DNA of 64,000 bases. Source: Puccinia triticina (Eukaryota). The stretch is taken from assembly GCA_026914245.1 (NCBI GenBank), contig CP110439.1, positions 8,370,001 through 8,434,000 on the forward strand. The letters are read 5' to 3'. Below the pieces are notes generated by a model. The model had not been told where the DNA came from, searched no databases, and saw nothing but the letters and a program-made list of their open reading frames with translations. This document shows positions 12,650-25,524 of this stretch, one piece after another (the first letter of the stretch is position 1; every line of letters begins with the position of its first letter). The position numbers were made by a program, and so were the translations under genes.

Positions 12650-13919
12650 CAGCCAAGCTGTTTCTGGACTCTAGTACTCAGATCTTTGACAAATCTATAT
12701 TTGAGGGTCCCAAAAAACATGTCAAATACCACCGTGCTATGCCCTGTGAAGGTAGTTGTTTTTCACTTTTCTAATGTCACCTTCATGTACACATGTAGAA
12801 TGGAAAATCACAGGCTGGGCCTCCCACAGATCAACAACATGTACAGACAAGACTTTGGAGATGGCACTTGGCACCCGCCGGCGGGTACCCATCACACTAC
12901 AGCACATAATTATATGCACCTGCAGGTGCCCATGGCGGGTGCCAGGGGTTCCATTTTAGTAAAAACTAGGCAAATTGTGGCTGCACCGCGGAAAACAAAC
13001 TTGCACAAGAACGCCATGTGAAATCCCAGATCTCACAGTTGCTTGAGAAATAATCAAATTGTTTTCAATTATCATTGCAACAAATGATGCAAAAACTTGT
13101 GCTAGTATAGCTGCAGCGGTCAAAGGTCGGCGGCACTTTTCTTCACTTTTCGCGGCTTTTTGGTGTGAGAAGCGTTAACAGAACCGCGCGCTGCCGCGCC
13201 CATTTGCGCTGCTTCGCTAGTTGCTTGAAATAGTGATTTTAGGGCACAGTTTTTTTTATCATTTCAACCAAAGACTAGAAGAAAAGAAGCATTTGATCCT
13301 AGAATTTGTTCCAACCCAGCTTTCCCAGCAGAATTTGAGGCTTTTCAGCGCTCAGCGCGCCACATTTTCTCATTGTTTCAGTGCTCATTGCATTGAACGA
13401 CAGAATATCGCTGTTTCAGCCAGAGATCCCGCTTTTCAGCACCCAGCGCAGCGGGTTTTCGCCATTTCAGCTCTGAGCGCAGCCAAAGACCGCTACTGAA
13501 ATTGAAGAGATTTTTGCTCTTAAAACAATTCAAAAAGCGCAGCAGGCCAACCGCTGTCAAAAGTGCTAGCAACGCTGGCGGCTTTGGACAACCAATCAGA
13601 TCCAAATCCTCAACAATACCTAATTACTGTCCACGAGAATCACCAACAAAGAATTATGTGATGAAGTGTGACGGGTACCCGCCGGCGGGTGCCAAGTGCC
13701 ATCTCCAAAGTCTTGTCTGTACATGTTTTTGATCTGTGGGAGGCCCAGCCTGTGATTTTCCACCCCCCTTCTACATGTGTACATGAAGGTGACATTAGAA
13801 AAGTGAAAAACAACTACCTTGACAGGGCATAGCACGGTGGTATTTGACATGTTTTTTGGGAACCTCAAATACAGATTTGTCAAAGATCTGAGTACTAGAG
13901 TCCAGAGGCGTCTTGGCTG
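12650..13919. mobile_element. Foldback-type element with about 260-bp inverted arms
   Basis: 12650-12910 is the reverse complement of about 13650-13919 (CTGGACTCTAGTACTCAGATCTTTGACAAATC...). The inner ends of the arms match the 315-528 MITE terminus. No clear TSD. Confidence 0.75.
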
Positions 13920-14161
13920 CCTTTACTACATTCAAATGGAAAGATATGCATATGCAGATGTCCAATTTCATATGCCATGGATTACCTTGTACAATTTCAT
14001 ATGCCATGGATTGCCTTGTAATTTTCTATTTCAAACACAAATTCTTGATAATTTTTGATAGCTCACCTGCTTTGTATCACTGCCAGAATAATTGGCCGGG
14101 CTGAGTTTATCCAATTTAAAGTGGGATGCACTTAACCAATTTAAATTTGGTTGATCTCAAA

Positions 14162-17027
14162 TCAGGATGTAAACGGGTCGGGTTCGGGTCGGAAAACAGT
14201 GCCCGAACCCGACCCGAGGTAAATCTCGGGTCGGGGCGGGTCGGGTCAAAATCTCAAACAGGCTGCCCAAACCCGAACCCGATTAAGGATGCAGCGGGTC
14301 GGGTTGGGTCAGGGTCGGGTCAGGGGTGACCCGAGCGTTTTGGGCCGTTGAATGAGAAAGGAAATAAGATTGTGCCAATTTTCAGCAATCTGGTCCTGGT
14401 GCATTCGTGTATATACAACAGGGGAGCCTATGAGGATAAAATCAAAGAAAAGATACTATGATGAGCCAGAAACAGACTCAGATACATTATCAAAGTCATC
14501 ATCTTTGTTCATTATGATCCCCTCTTCAGCGCGGATCCAGTTTTGCGCGCATACAAGTACTTCAAGAGTGTTTGGTTGCATTCGGGTTCGATTACTGCCA
14601 AGGACTCTTCCACCTGTGGAGAATGCTGATTCTGATGCGATCAAAGTCATCGGAGTCATTAAAACAGATTTTGCAAGTATGGCGAGTGTTGGGAATCGAT
14701 CGGTGTGGGTGCTCCACCAGGTGAGGACCGAAAAATTAGCCAATTCAATGAGAATTGGAGGCTCCTGGAGATACAAGTCAAGCTCAGCCGTAGTAGATAC
14801 CGATTGGGCCACCTTCTTCCTCTTGAGGTATTGCTCAAAGCGCTGATCATCTTCATCAGCAGTAGCGTCGTTTTGAATGGTCAAGTTGTTTTCATCACAA
14901 TCGAGGCTCGAGTGACTTTTGGAGAAAAGCTTGTTTTTGTTGCCAATCACGTCATCGAACCAGCTGGCAAGGGTTTTTCTGATTCTGTTGATGGTGAGTG
15001 TAGCTTGATCTTCGCCAACCTCTTCAGATAGAATAAATTCTATGCGCTGGAACTTGCAACGGGGATCAAAAACCTGGTTGATTGCCGTGAAGTCTTCCAT
15101 TGGAAGCCAGTACTTGTCAAATTTTTCTTGCATCGGCTGGATCATTTCAATTATTTCGGGCGAGCCATTTTCTCGGGATTCTTTGAGCTGTTTGTCAATC
15201 TTCTTCATTGTTTTATAGGCAAGATGTGCAGTAGGGTATCGTGTCATTCCAAGTTTTAAAGTAGCTAAATCAAACAAGCAGTGAATGAAATGTCAGCTAA
15301 TTGATCTGTGGGAATTCAATGATCACAAAGAAGAAATGATGTACCCGAGTGGAAAACAGACAAGAAATCCTTCATAGTTGAAATCTCCTCCCACTCGGTT
15401 GAGTTAGGACAATGAGTGTAGTTAGCGTCTTGAATGGCAAGCTGATCAAACGCTTCCTTATACGGGAGGGCCGACTTGATCATGAGGAAAGTGGAGTTCC
15501 AGCGGGTGGGAACATCGACCAATGGGAGAGCTCGCTGGTCCATTCCAACAAGATCAATCGCCTCCTTGAAGGATTGTTTACGCGAAGGGGTGCTCTTGGT
15601 GTAACGAACGCTGTCCCGAATCTTGTTGATAGCTTCAGAGAAGATCTTCAGGCCATCCTTCACGACCAAGTTAATAACGTGCGCAAGACATCGGACATGG
15701 AAATAAATTCCTTTCATTTCAAGGGGAAGACTTCTCCGGGCTGAAATAGACAATATTACTCAAGTGATTGCGGAGTCGTTGCTTGCGGCATTATCGACGG
15801 TGATAGATGCCACCTTATCCAATATTTTCCATTCGTTCATCACGTTGACGAGTTGTTCAGCGATAGCGACACCAGTGTGAGGAGTGAGAAGCTCCTTAAA
15901 GGATATGATGTGAGTCTTCAGCGTCCAGTCCGACGAAATAAAATGAGCCGAAATTACCATATAAGGTGACTGGTTAGACAAGGTCCAGAGATCAGTTGTT
16001 AAGGCAACTCGATCTACACCAGAAATCTCAACAGCTAGCTTTTCCTTCATCGAGTTGTATAAAGCCATTACTTCGGTCTTGATGGTCGTTCGAGTAAAGA
16101 ATTTGAACTTTGGTTGTAGTGAGGCAACAAAGGCGCGGAATAGCGGCTGTTCGACAAAGACGAATGGCTGTTTGTGAGCAATAACCATTTTGACAAGAAG
16201 CTCGCGCGAGGTCGTCTGAGAGAATATCCAGTTGGTTGGTTTTGATCCATCCGCGGGTGCCGAGAGTTTCAACATGGTTTGCTTGCTGGAGGTGAGGTAG
16301 GAGCTGCAACGTTCAAGGTGACGCCATAGGTGCTTGGTGCCGTTGGAGCTCTTACCCTCGAGTTGGTCTCGGCAGTAATGACAGTGTGCCTTGGTACCCT
16401 GACCTGTTAAAAAAAGAAAATTATCAGAAAGCTTCTTCAAAAGTGGCCCCCACAAACACAAAAACAAGGAGACTTGCCGGATTCTTTTTTGGTGAAGTGC
16501 TCCCAAATGTTGCTCGTCGTCTTTTGTTTTTTCAAATTTCGACTGGTAGATTGAGATTCTTGCGCACTCGATGGTTCAGGATCCTTTTCGGTGGTTTTTG
16601 CAACCTCTTGAGTGCTTGGCGGCTGAGACTGGCCCTTGGTGGTGACTTGGGATTGGGAAACCTCGATCGGAGACTCTTCATCAGACGAACTGGAATCTAC
16701 CGCGGCCGGTTGTTTCCTCTTGGACCGTTGCATGGTTGGGACTCGGCGCAGGATGGGTGATTGTGTGACTGTGGGTTGAGGGGATATCAGATATCTCAGA
16801 CTTAAGTCACCGATCGGCGATTACAGCTGACTCAATCGGGTCATAGTCAGGTCATCGGGCCGACCTGAAGTGGAATCGGCCTGCCCAAACCCGAACCCGA
16901 TTGACAATCGGGTCTTGCCGGGTCGGGTCGGAAATTGGTTTTTCAGCTGTCAGGCTGACCGAACCCGACCCGAGACCCGCCGGGTCTCGGGTCGCCTCCG
17001 GGTCGACCCGACCCATTTGCATCCTGA
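14162..17027 (-). mobile_element. Full-length hAT (Ac-like) DNA transposon, 2866 bp
   Basis: TIR TCAGGATGYAAAYGGGTCGGGT, exact 8-bp TSD ATCTCAAA (14154-14161, 17028-17035), GGGTCGGGT/ACCCGACCC subterminal arrays, internal transposase. Confidence 0.95.
14456..16733 (-). pseudogene. hAT transposase (BED zinc finger, DDE core, hATC dimerization domain) with one in-frame stop
   Basis: IWEHF...CHYC...HLWRHL (BED), LTTDLWT, ITVDNAASND, HVRCLAHVINLVV, DVPTRWNST, WW...FPTLAILAKSVL...SESAFS. TGA at 15760-15762 lies between two same-frame ORFs. Two introns. Confidence 0.9.
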
Positions 17028-18876
17028 ATCTCAAATGATGAAATAAAAATCCAAGGGACCCCCCTTGGTTTTATATTTCATTGGTTGAGATCAACCCATT
17101 TAAGATTGGTTGAGTGCATCCCAGTTAAACTAGGATGACTTCATCCTGGCCAAATATGCTGGCAGTGTATATATCAGGGTTGTTGGTAAGGACCACTGTG
17201 GTGAGACTAATCAAAACCTCATCAAGGCACAATTCCTGTTACTCTGAAGACACCCTGTCAGTGTAACTAAATTTTTCATAAGGATTGGATTCAAGCATGA
17301 ATTGTGTGATGGAAGCTTCAGGTGTTGGCCCTGAAATTTATAGTTCTGGGACTTTATGGCACTGAAATTGGGCCCTCAAACACAAGCAAAGATTAGAGGT
17401 CTGGACCAGAGTCCATAGGGGCCATATGGTGCTTGCACCCCACAGGAACGCTTTGCGCCTCCTCAGAGTGCCTTAGTTAAGCTTGGTCAATGGCCAATGC
17501 TTCACTGGCCGAGAATCATTGATGCTTCTGTCCTGTGGAATTGTTGCAGTTTTGTCCAATGGCTGTTAAGAGCAATGTGAGTTTGGAAATACTGTAATTG
17601 GTGATGATAATATGCTGTGGGTTCCTCCTTGAGAGCAAGCACCTGACCAATCACTTTTTTTGGGCTAAGAAATCTTGGAGTCTTGAAAAACCCCTCCTCC
17701 AGATCTAGAAAATTGGAACAGAGCACTGAGCAGCGGGGTGCAGAGCCAATCATCCAGATTGGGTGAGTACAGCCTCAGATTTTTCTTGGTCAACATTTAG
17801 CATTTCCAGAGAGATTATCATGAGTAAGAGATGCCAATTATATTGTTTCTGTTTCTTTCCACCCCAAAAAATGGACGATCTTGATTGATCAGATATCTTA
17901 TTTTTGAACAAAGGAAGAAAAGAGGAGATGTTTTGATCTCTTAATAAGCAGGGGTGTTGCATCTGTTTGTTTTCTTCAGTCCAAAGTAATCAGGTCCATT
18001 CAACTTCTCAGATCAGCAAATTTTGTGTCTCAGCAAGACAAAACAATTTGGCTGAGATGTCTTGTCAAAGACATGGAAAAGGGAAGGCACTATGAACCTG
18101 AGGCTCACAAGAATACAACAGCGGAACAGAAACAGAGCAGCAAACAAAGCAACACATGAAAATTCAAAAGGACTTATGCCATGGACTGCATTACATCCAA
18201 GAAGATACTATATGTGGTGCAGTACATCACATCAGAGAAACCAAATCAACAGAGTACAAAACAGCTGTAATTTTGTGTTGCATTGGAGAAGCACAGCAAG
18301 TTGAAGACAAAAGAGTTGTAAAAAGCAATAACACACAAAAGGATTGTACTACAATGGAAAAGCAGAGGAGGCAGCTATAAATAGCAGTCCTCTCAAGGCC
18401 TTGAGTGAGTTTCCTCATTGCAGATCCAGTGGGGGCCAAAGGTTTCTCATGCAGTGGTCTTGCGGTTGAAACTTTTTTTTGTTGCTTGTGGGGGTTTGTT
18501 GGTTAAGGTTAAACAAGGAATTTGGAGATATCTGACAGAAAAAATTTGGAAATACACTAAGGGCTTGTACCATAAGCTTCAATCTTGCAAAATTGCCACT
18601 TTTCTTTTCCTCTACACAAAAGTTGAAAATAAGGGGAGGGTTCAATTGTTAAAATTCTTCATTTTTGGGCCCAAGGCTGTCTCTTGGTGATGTTCAGTTT
18701 TAATTTGAAGAAGTATTGAGGGATGTAAATTTGGAAAAGTGGAATTTTCATGCCCTATGGTCCAGGCCCTAAAACCGCCAAATAATCACATCTTTTGTGT
18801 TTTTGACTTGTTTTGGCCCATTTCTGGGCCACATCTTTTTGAGGGAATCATCTGTCAAAACTATCATGGTGCCCAA

Positions 18877-18957
18877 GGCACTTTTCATAGTGGTGGAGGC
18901 ACTATTCATAGTGGTGGAGGCACTATTCAGAGTCCCGGAGGCACTTTCCATAGTGGC
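18877..18957. repeat. 21-bp minisatellite, about 4 copies (GGCACTATTCATAGTGGTGGA)
   Basis: Direct tandem copies visible. Confidence 0.8.
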
Positions 18958-19364
18958 TGACACACTTATTTCCAGATCTGTTGTGGATGAGTTTCCTTCT
19001 AGCATGGTTCATTATTCCTTACACTGTGTATTTTCACCCAAGTCATCATCTAGCAAAGTTATGGAAAAAAGTTCCCATGCAGCCTCTCTGGAGAGTGTCA
19101 GGTGTTCCGACTTCCAGACTAAGTGTATCAAAGAATGTGACTTCTGACTCCCCAAACTGCCACTTTACGGAGTCAGCAGTCGAATTCTTGGGAGTGGATC
19201 TGTTTATGTGCAGGCTATGTGGTGCTCTGGGCTTGCTGCGGCTTGAGCAGTCTTGTTAATGTTGGGTGCTGGACGCGTCGCGACGCGCCTGGCCCACTCT
19301 TCCTCTCCTCGCCCGCCCAGCCCGCCCCTCTCCACCCCCACCCACCCACCCACCCACCCACGCG

Positions 19365-21865
19365 ATGGCCGCAAGCAACGACCCGCCCAAGCTGAGCCTG
19401 TCGACGATCGCCGCCAAGCTGCTCACCGGCGTCCACCAGGCCCCGCCCGAGGTGGCCCGCGCGCGCTGGACCCAGAAGAGCCCGCTGGACCCGCCCCGGC
19501 CGCTGCCCGCCGCTGCCGCCCCCGCCCGCTCGGTCGCCGCCTCCGTCTTCGCCGCCGCCCGCCAGGAACGCTCCGCCCAGCGCAGCCACCGCCCGCTCGG
19601 CCCGGCTGCCCCCAGCATCTACCACCACCGCTCCCACACCGAGTTCGACATCGTCCAGCCGGCCTGCCCGCCCAGCCGGCCCGCGCCCCAGCCCTCGCCC
19701 GTCCGCGACGCCAAGGGCTCGGCCCCCGCCGTCATGCGGCGCGGAGACACGCAGGAGGAGGAGGAGCTCGAGGACCTGGCGCTGCTCGGGCTGCTCCAGC
19801 ACCCCATCGGGCGCCCCCAGGCCAAGGAGAACGAGCCCCCCCGCGAGCGTAAGTGCTCCCCCCTTTTCTCCCGCGTGCATCCGCGCTGACATCCCACCCG
19901 CCACCACCAGCACGAGCCAGCCGGGCCGAGCCGACCCCCCACCACCACTCGCCCGCCAGCCCGCCCCGTCCCCATGCCCGCCACCCCCGCCCATCCTCCC
20001 TCGGCCCCTCCCCACATCCCCCAGCACACCCCTTCCTTCCCCACCCCGCCCTAAACAGTCCCTCCAAACCTCACAACCCCATGCGCGACCTCTATCTCTC
20101 CCAGGTCGGCGGCCAGGACGGGAAGATCGAGAGCGAGAAGCAGCGGGTGGACCGCGAATTCGAAAAGCTGCTCGTGAGCCACTCTATTCATCTCCTCCCC
20201 GAAAACCCACCGGCTAACGGATGCTCGGAGGATCCTGCAGGACACGATGCAGATCACCGATGCGGTCCGACAGAAGATGGTAGGACTCGACCACCCCGTG
20301 AAAGCGGCGATGCTGAAGTCGTCCACCTCCGCATCGCTCATGAAGCTCATGAGTATCTCCGAGCCCGTCGTCACCGGGCGCGGGGAAACAGCGGTGATGG
20401 TGGGCGAGGAGGCCTCGTCGAAGCAGGAAGGATCGGCGTGGTGGGCCATGTACCTCAAGTCGCACAACTTCCGCGAGCTCCAGGCCGCAGACCTCAAGAA
20501 ACTCCGCGTCGCTCTCCGCACCAAGCCCCCCGAATGGTCCAAAGAACTCATCGGCTTCGGCGGATACAACGCCCTCCTCAAGCGGCTCAAGGAGCTCGTC
20601 GAAATCGAGTGGAGGTCAGTCCATCCCTCTCCCAGAATCTCCTCTCATCGCTCACTCTTTGATTCTCTTCCCGGCTTAGAGAGGAGCAACATGACGACCA
20701 GGTCTTGCACGAGATCCTCCGATGCTTCAAAGCCCTATTACTCACAGAAGTCAGTCACACGCCCAGATAGCCAAGCACCGACAGAGAGACAGAGCAACTG
20801 ACGGGGTATGTGTGGACACAGCCGGGCCGAAAGGCGCTAGCATCGCGGCTGCCGGACCCGTTCATCCAACTGACGGGACTGCTGTACTCGGAGAAGAAGC
20901 CGGGCGACCTGACGACGCGGCAAGTGTTGGTCGAGATCATTGGGGGCGTCTTCGAGCTGGAGGGCTATCTGGCGGCGCGGCCGATGGACGCCAGCAAGCT
21001 GGACTGGGCCGCCCCCATCACCCTCGAGCCCTCCCCCGGCCACCCTTCCCACTCCCACGACGACGAACAAGCTGCGAAGGAACCGCTCCCCTCCGCACAC
21101 CACCTCCTCAGGAAACTCATCATCGGCCCACCCGACCTCAAAAAGGCTAACATCGTCGACTTCGTCGCCCTCACCCATCGCGTCCGGCCCTTCAAGACCT
21201 TCGTCACCGAGTTCATCGGCGTCCTCATGGACTACTTCTGGTCCGCCTCTCCCTCTCCCTCTCCCACTACACTCCTCACTTACTCTCCCCCCCCCCCCCC
21301 TTTTTTTTTTGTGCTTGACGTGGAATGTAGGATCTTCTGCCATGCCGAGAACCAGTTCTGGGATTTGAAAGCGATCGACGAGGAGACGATCGAGGCGCCG
21401 AAGGTGCCGAGCGGGATGACGGGCGGAGTAGAGTACGAGGCCATGTCGTACTGCGTAAGTCTCTCTCTCTACCATTCAGGCACTTTCGGAGGCCATCCAC
21501 TGACTGTCTAGTATCAATCAAATAGACCTGTTTGATGAAGCTCCTGAACCAGATCATCAAGACCGCCGCGAGCTCAGCAGACTCCAAGCAAATCTTCCAA
21601 GAACTATTCGAGAGCGGCTTCGAGCGCTGTCTAGTAGTTGCGTCCTTCCCCCTCTCTCCCCCACGCCTTCTTCTCTTGCCGCGCAGCTGACCGGCCGTTG
21701 TTTTGTTTGGGGTTGTGTCAGACGCTCCGGAAAAGCAGCGTCGATTATTACCCCATGGTCCATCTCGAACTCGCCCGGTTCATCGCCCTCGGAATTTCCC
21801 ACCGGTTCGAGTTACCGTACAACATCCTCAAATACCTCAACGGATACTCCGGCCACCCGCTCTGA
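19365..21865 (+). CDS. Formin-like GTPase-binding (GBD/FH3, armadillo-type) domain protein without FH1/FH2, multi-exon
   Basis: Spliced product contains EFEKLL...MQITDAVRQKM...LKKLRVALRTKPPEWSKELIGFGGYNALL...WREEQHDDQVLHEILRCFKAL, typical of Drf_GBD. GT-AG introns, stop at 21865. Confidence 0.75.
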
Positions 21866-23018
21866 TCCTCTCTATCCCGCCCGTTTCTTCTTTTTTTTTA
21901 TACCTTATCGCTAGTGTTCTATGTATCTTTGGTTTTGGTTCTCTCGCCTCACTTTCCTTTCTTCTTGATTCCCGAGCTGCCCATCTTGTCTGTCATCCGC
22001 CTCATCCTCACCGCTATCTTTTCCAACCTCTTTATTCAACCGTATCTTTGTCTTCTTTCTTTCATTATCTTTCCCCACCAACAGACGAACACGTGCATGA
22101 TACACACCCCATCCATCCATTCGAATGCTTTGCTCTTCAAAACATTCGTCCACCCCCCCTTTTCTTTCACTCCTGCACACCACCCAAGACCGAAAAAACG
22201 ATCCCCAACCAGAGCCCCGTTCTTTGTCCTCAACTGCCCGACTCCACATACATACTTTTTTTCTGTTGTTCTGTACTCTTCGGTCTCGAATTTATCATGT
22301 CAAAATAATCTACAACAATCTCTAAAAACATACATGTTATCCGGCTTTGACCTTGCCCTTGATGTCTCCACATACCATGTTTCCAGGCGATGGTCGTCCC
22401 CCAATGGACCAGCAAGCAAGTGGGTGTGGCCAAGAGGAGGGATGATCAGGGGCAGCAAGAATCCCACAAAAACCAGACCAAGAAAAAGATTGTCATAAAC
22501 TGACAAGTTGAAACAACTTCTGAAGAAATCTCCTCTTTTGCCCCAGATCCTCAAGCTCTTGCAACCAAGCCTCTTTGATGACCTGTCATTCTCGGCAAAG
22601 ATCCAAGCTTGCACATACCGGGCCTCCCAAATGATCACAAATCACCCATTTATTCCAGGGAAGCATTGACAGAGTATTTGTCAATGTAGAGGGTGATTAC
22701 ACCAAGACGGCACCGTGGAGGGGCCTTCGCATAAAAAAGTAAAGATTATTGTCCTTTCTCTAAGGCAAATTTCACCGATAAGGCATAAGTGCCTCCCGGA
22801 GGGCCTTCGGTTAAGTTTGGGCGGGCTCCGTGGCGCAGGATCCAGAAATATCCGCCCATATCTGCAGGTTTCGGAGCCTCGGGTCTCGGATATCTGGTGT
22901 GATCCGCGGTTCCTTACCCGATATCCCGGGATATTCACCGGTTATCCCATGCGGGGTACTGGCTAAGGGTTGAAGTGGATCAACATCATCGATTCCACAA
23001 GCACTCACTCAAACAACT

Positions 23019-24979
23019 ATGACTAAAATCCTCTCCAAACACTTGAACAGCTGGGCGCCAATTCGTGTGCCTCCTTACCGGCGTATCCAAACGGCCGCAG
23101 TACTCTTATGGACTTCTCAACTATCGCTTTGCATTTCTTTATTCTTTTTCTTAATGTAAGTCACTTCGCCCATTCACGAATTACCGAGCTCCTGCTTATC
23201 TCCTTGCTTTCTGCTTTTCTTTTTTTCTGACAGGTCTTACCCGATCACCTGGCCGATCCTACTTCCATATGTCATCTGGATCTTGGTTTTAGATCCTGCT
23301 CCGGAGAAGGGAGGCCGGCTGAATCAATCTGTTCGGACCTGGAGATTTTGGAACTTATTTGCATCTTATTTCCCAATCAGTTTAATAAAAGTAAGCCCAT
23401 TCATCTGTGAGGACAGCACTTGATAAAATCCTAGTCGCCAGTAATCTGATTTTCTTATGCTTGACTAGACTGTTGATTTGCCCAGTGATCGCAAATATGT
23501 CTTTGGTAGGCTCTTCTTAAATTTTCAGCAAAGTATAAACATTGGTTGAGATTTTGTTTCGCGCTCCCAGGCTATCATCCTCATGGTATTATCGGAATGT
23601 AAGTCTTGATGGTGGACCTTGTTGAAGGAATTAAACAAACTGTGATAAACCTTCTCTACTATTGTTGCTAAAAAGGGGGGCGGTGGCCAACTTCGGAACG
23701 GAAGGTTCGGTCTCTTTACAATGACATGATCGCCTTAACAGAGAGAAGGGCAGAACTATCCTAACATTTAAACGCGCCTTACACTCCTCCTTTCAATCTG
23801 ATCAGCAACTGGATTTTCCGAAAAATTTCCTGGCCTCAATCCTCATCTTCTCACACTGAGCACGAACTTCATCATCCCGTTCTATCGAGACCTCATCCTC
23901 AGTCTTGGAATCTGTTCAGTTTCGATAAAATCATGTATATCAATCCTCAAGTCCAAAAACAAGCGATCGGCCGACCTGGCAAACAATAAGGGAGAAGGTA
24001 ATTGTCTGGTTATCGTTGTTGGTGGAGCTGCGGAAAGTTTGTCTGCTCATCCAGGGACCGCTGATCTAACTCTGAAACGAAGGCTGGGCTTCATTAAATT
24101 GGCCATCCGGGAGGGGTAAGTGTCATTGCTCTTGACGACTTGCATTCGCGCTCATCAATTTCATTCAACGGAGGGACTCTGACCAACTTTCCCTGATTGT
24201 GTTGGTTCATACATTAGAGCCGATCTCGTGCCTGTGTTCTCCTTTGGAGAAAATGATGTGCGTGGTGATTCAATCATACCACCTTGTTTGTTAACTGATT
24301 ACAAATGTCTTTGTCCGAAAAATACAAAATGGAAATGAAGATTTACGCTCAATTATCAAACTCCAAAGGCACCGCACTTTACTCTCTTCAAAAACGGTTT
24401 CAATCTGTCTTTGGCTTCACATTGCGTCAGTAATTTGAAACGTCTCCCAAGACTAATTTAGTGGTTTCGATGCCCATTGTAATCGAATCAAGGGATTGAC
24501 GGATGACCGATTTTTTGACAGCCATTTTCCATGGCCGAGGCATCTTCAACTGTTAGTTTTTCACTCTCAAATCAAGGCTGATCTTGTGATATAGGGCTCA
24601 GTTTGAATTTTACGTCTACCAGACTCTCTTGGCCTGCTTCCCTACCGACATCCGATCGTTTCAGTAGGTTAGTTGCTCCCAAGTGCCCTTTCCGCTTTTA
24701 TATCCTCTCAACCCAGTTCTGACATTGATGGTTTCTACTTGCTGGTTCAGTTGGCAAGCCTATTCGTGTAGAACAAAATAAAAACCCTGGACTCGAAGAA
24801 ATTGAAAAGGTTCAGAAAGAATATATCGCTGAACTTACCGCGTCAGTCATCTCTTGCCCCGTATACTTGGAGTAAAAAAGAAGAATCTGATATTGGTTTT
24901 CTTTATCTGCAGTGTCTGGGATAAATACAAAGACGTATATGCTAGAAATCGCAAGAGTGAATTGACTTTGATTGCCTAA
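23019..24979 (+). CDS. DGA1: Diacylglycerol O-acyltransferase 2, many short exons
   Basis: MTKILSKHLNSWAPIRVPPYRRIQTAAV N-terminus, FGYHPHG motif, IVVGGAAESL, RLGFIKLAIREGADLVPVFSFGEND, HGRGIFNYSLGLLPYRHPI. Not captured by the ORF track because the exons are short. Confidence 0.92.
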
Positions 24980-25311
24980 GCGACCTAACATTTCAACTCG
25001 GAAATTATTCGCGAAACTATCGAACAGAGGCGATTTTTCGATTCTTTCTTTCATGATCACTTACACTTAAACGTTTCTATTGCAATATGTATGTTCTAAT
25101 TATATATCTATATCATATAGCCCAAACTTTCACACGTATTATTTGTACTATCATGTACATTGGATTTGTGTCTTACATTTGGCCAAACTGTGCTCCAATT
25201 AGTATCCCTTGAAACTTCTACTTTTCGGATTTGCTATGTAACTCGTAAGATTTCGCCGCATAGGTACTGGCAATCCATAAAGGTGAGGTGGTGATGGATT
25301 CCTGCCCCCTG

Positions 25312-25524
25312 CACTGCAAGAAAAAGTCAAGCAACTGTGCAAGAACTCCAGGCAAGCTTGTGGTATTACACAAGCCTTTGTCAAGGCTTACTTTTGACCA
25401 AGCCTCGATGCACAGTGACTGTGCAGAAGAAGCTTATGTGTGTTAGGGTGGAGCTAGAACAGCAGTTCCACAGCAGTAACCCGCATGTCAACTGCTAGCA
25501 GTTGCTTGACTTTTTCTTGCAGTG
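25312..25524. mobile_element. CACTG-terminated (CACTA/CMC-like) MITE, 213 bp
   Basis: TIR CACTGCAAGAAAAAGTCAAGCAACTG / CAGTTGCTTGACTTTTTCTTGCAGTG with 3-bp TSD CTG. Confidence 0.88.

Larger units (their letters stand above)
14078..17167. mobile_element. CACTG-terminated (CACTA/CMC-like) MITE interrupted by the hAT insertion
   Basis: CACTGCCAG...CTGGCAGTG ends with 3-bp TSD TAT. Arms 14078-14160 and about 17085-17167 are inverted copies. Confidence 0.7.

Noticed and set aside
18769..19005. Heptad-repeat peptide (TMNSAST)n
   Set aside because: Translation of a 21-bp minisatellite in a degraded, stop-rich region.
19215..20067. Several long overlapping ORFs on both strands
   Set aside because: Artefact of extreme GC content in exon 1 and intron 1 of the GBD gene.
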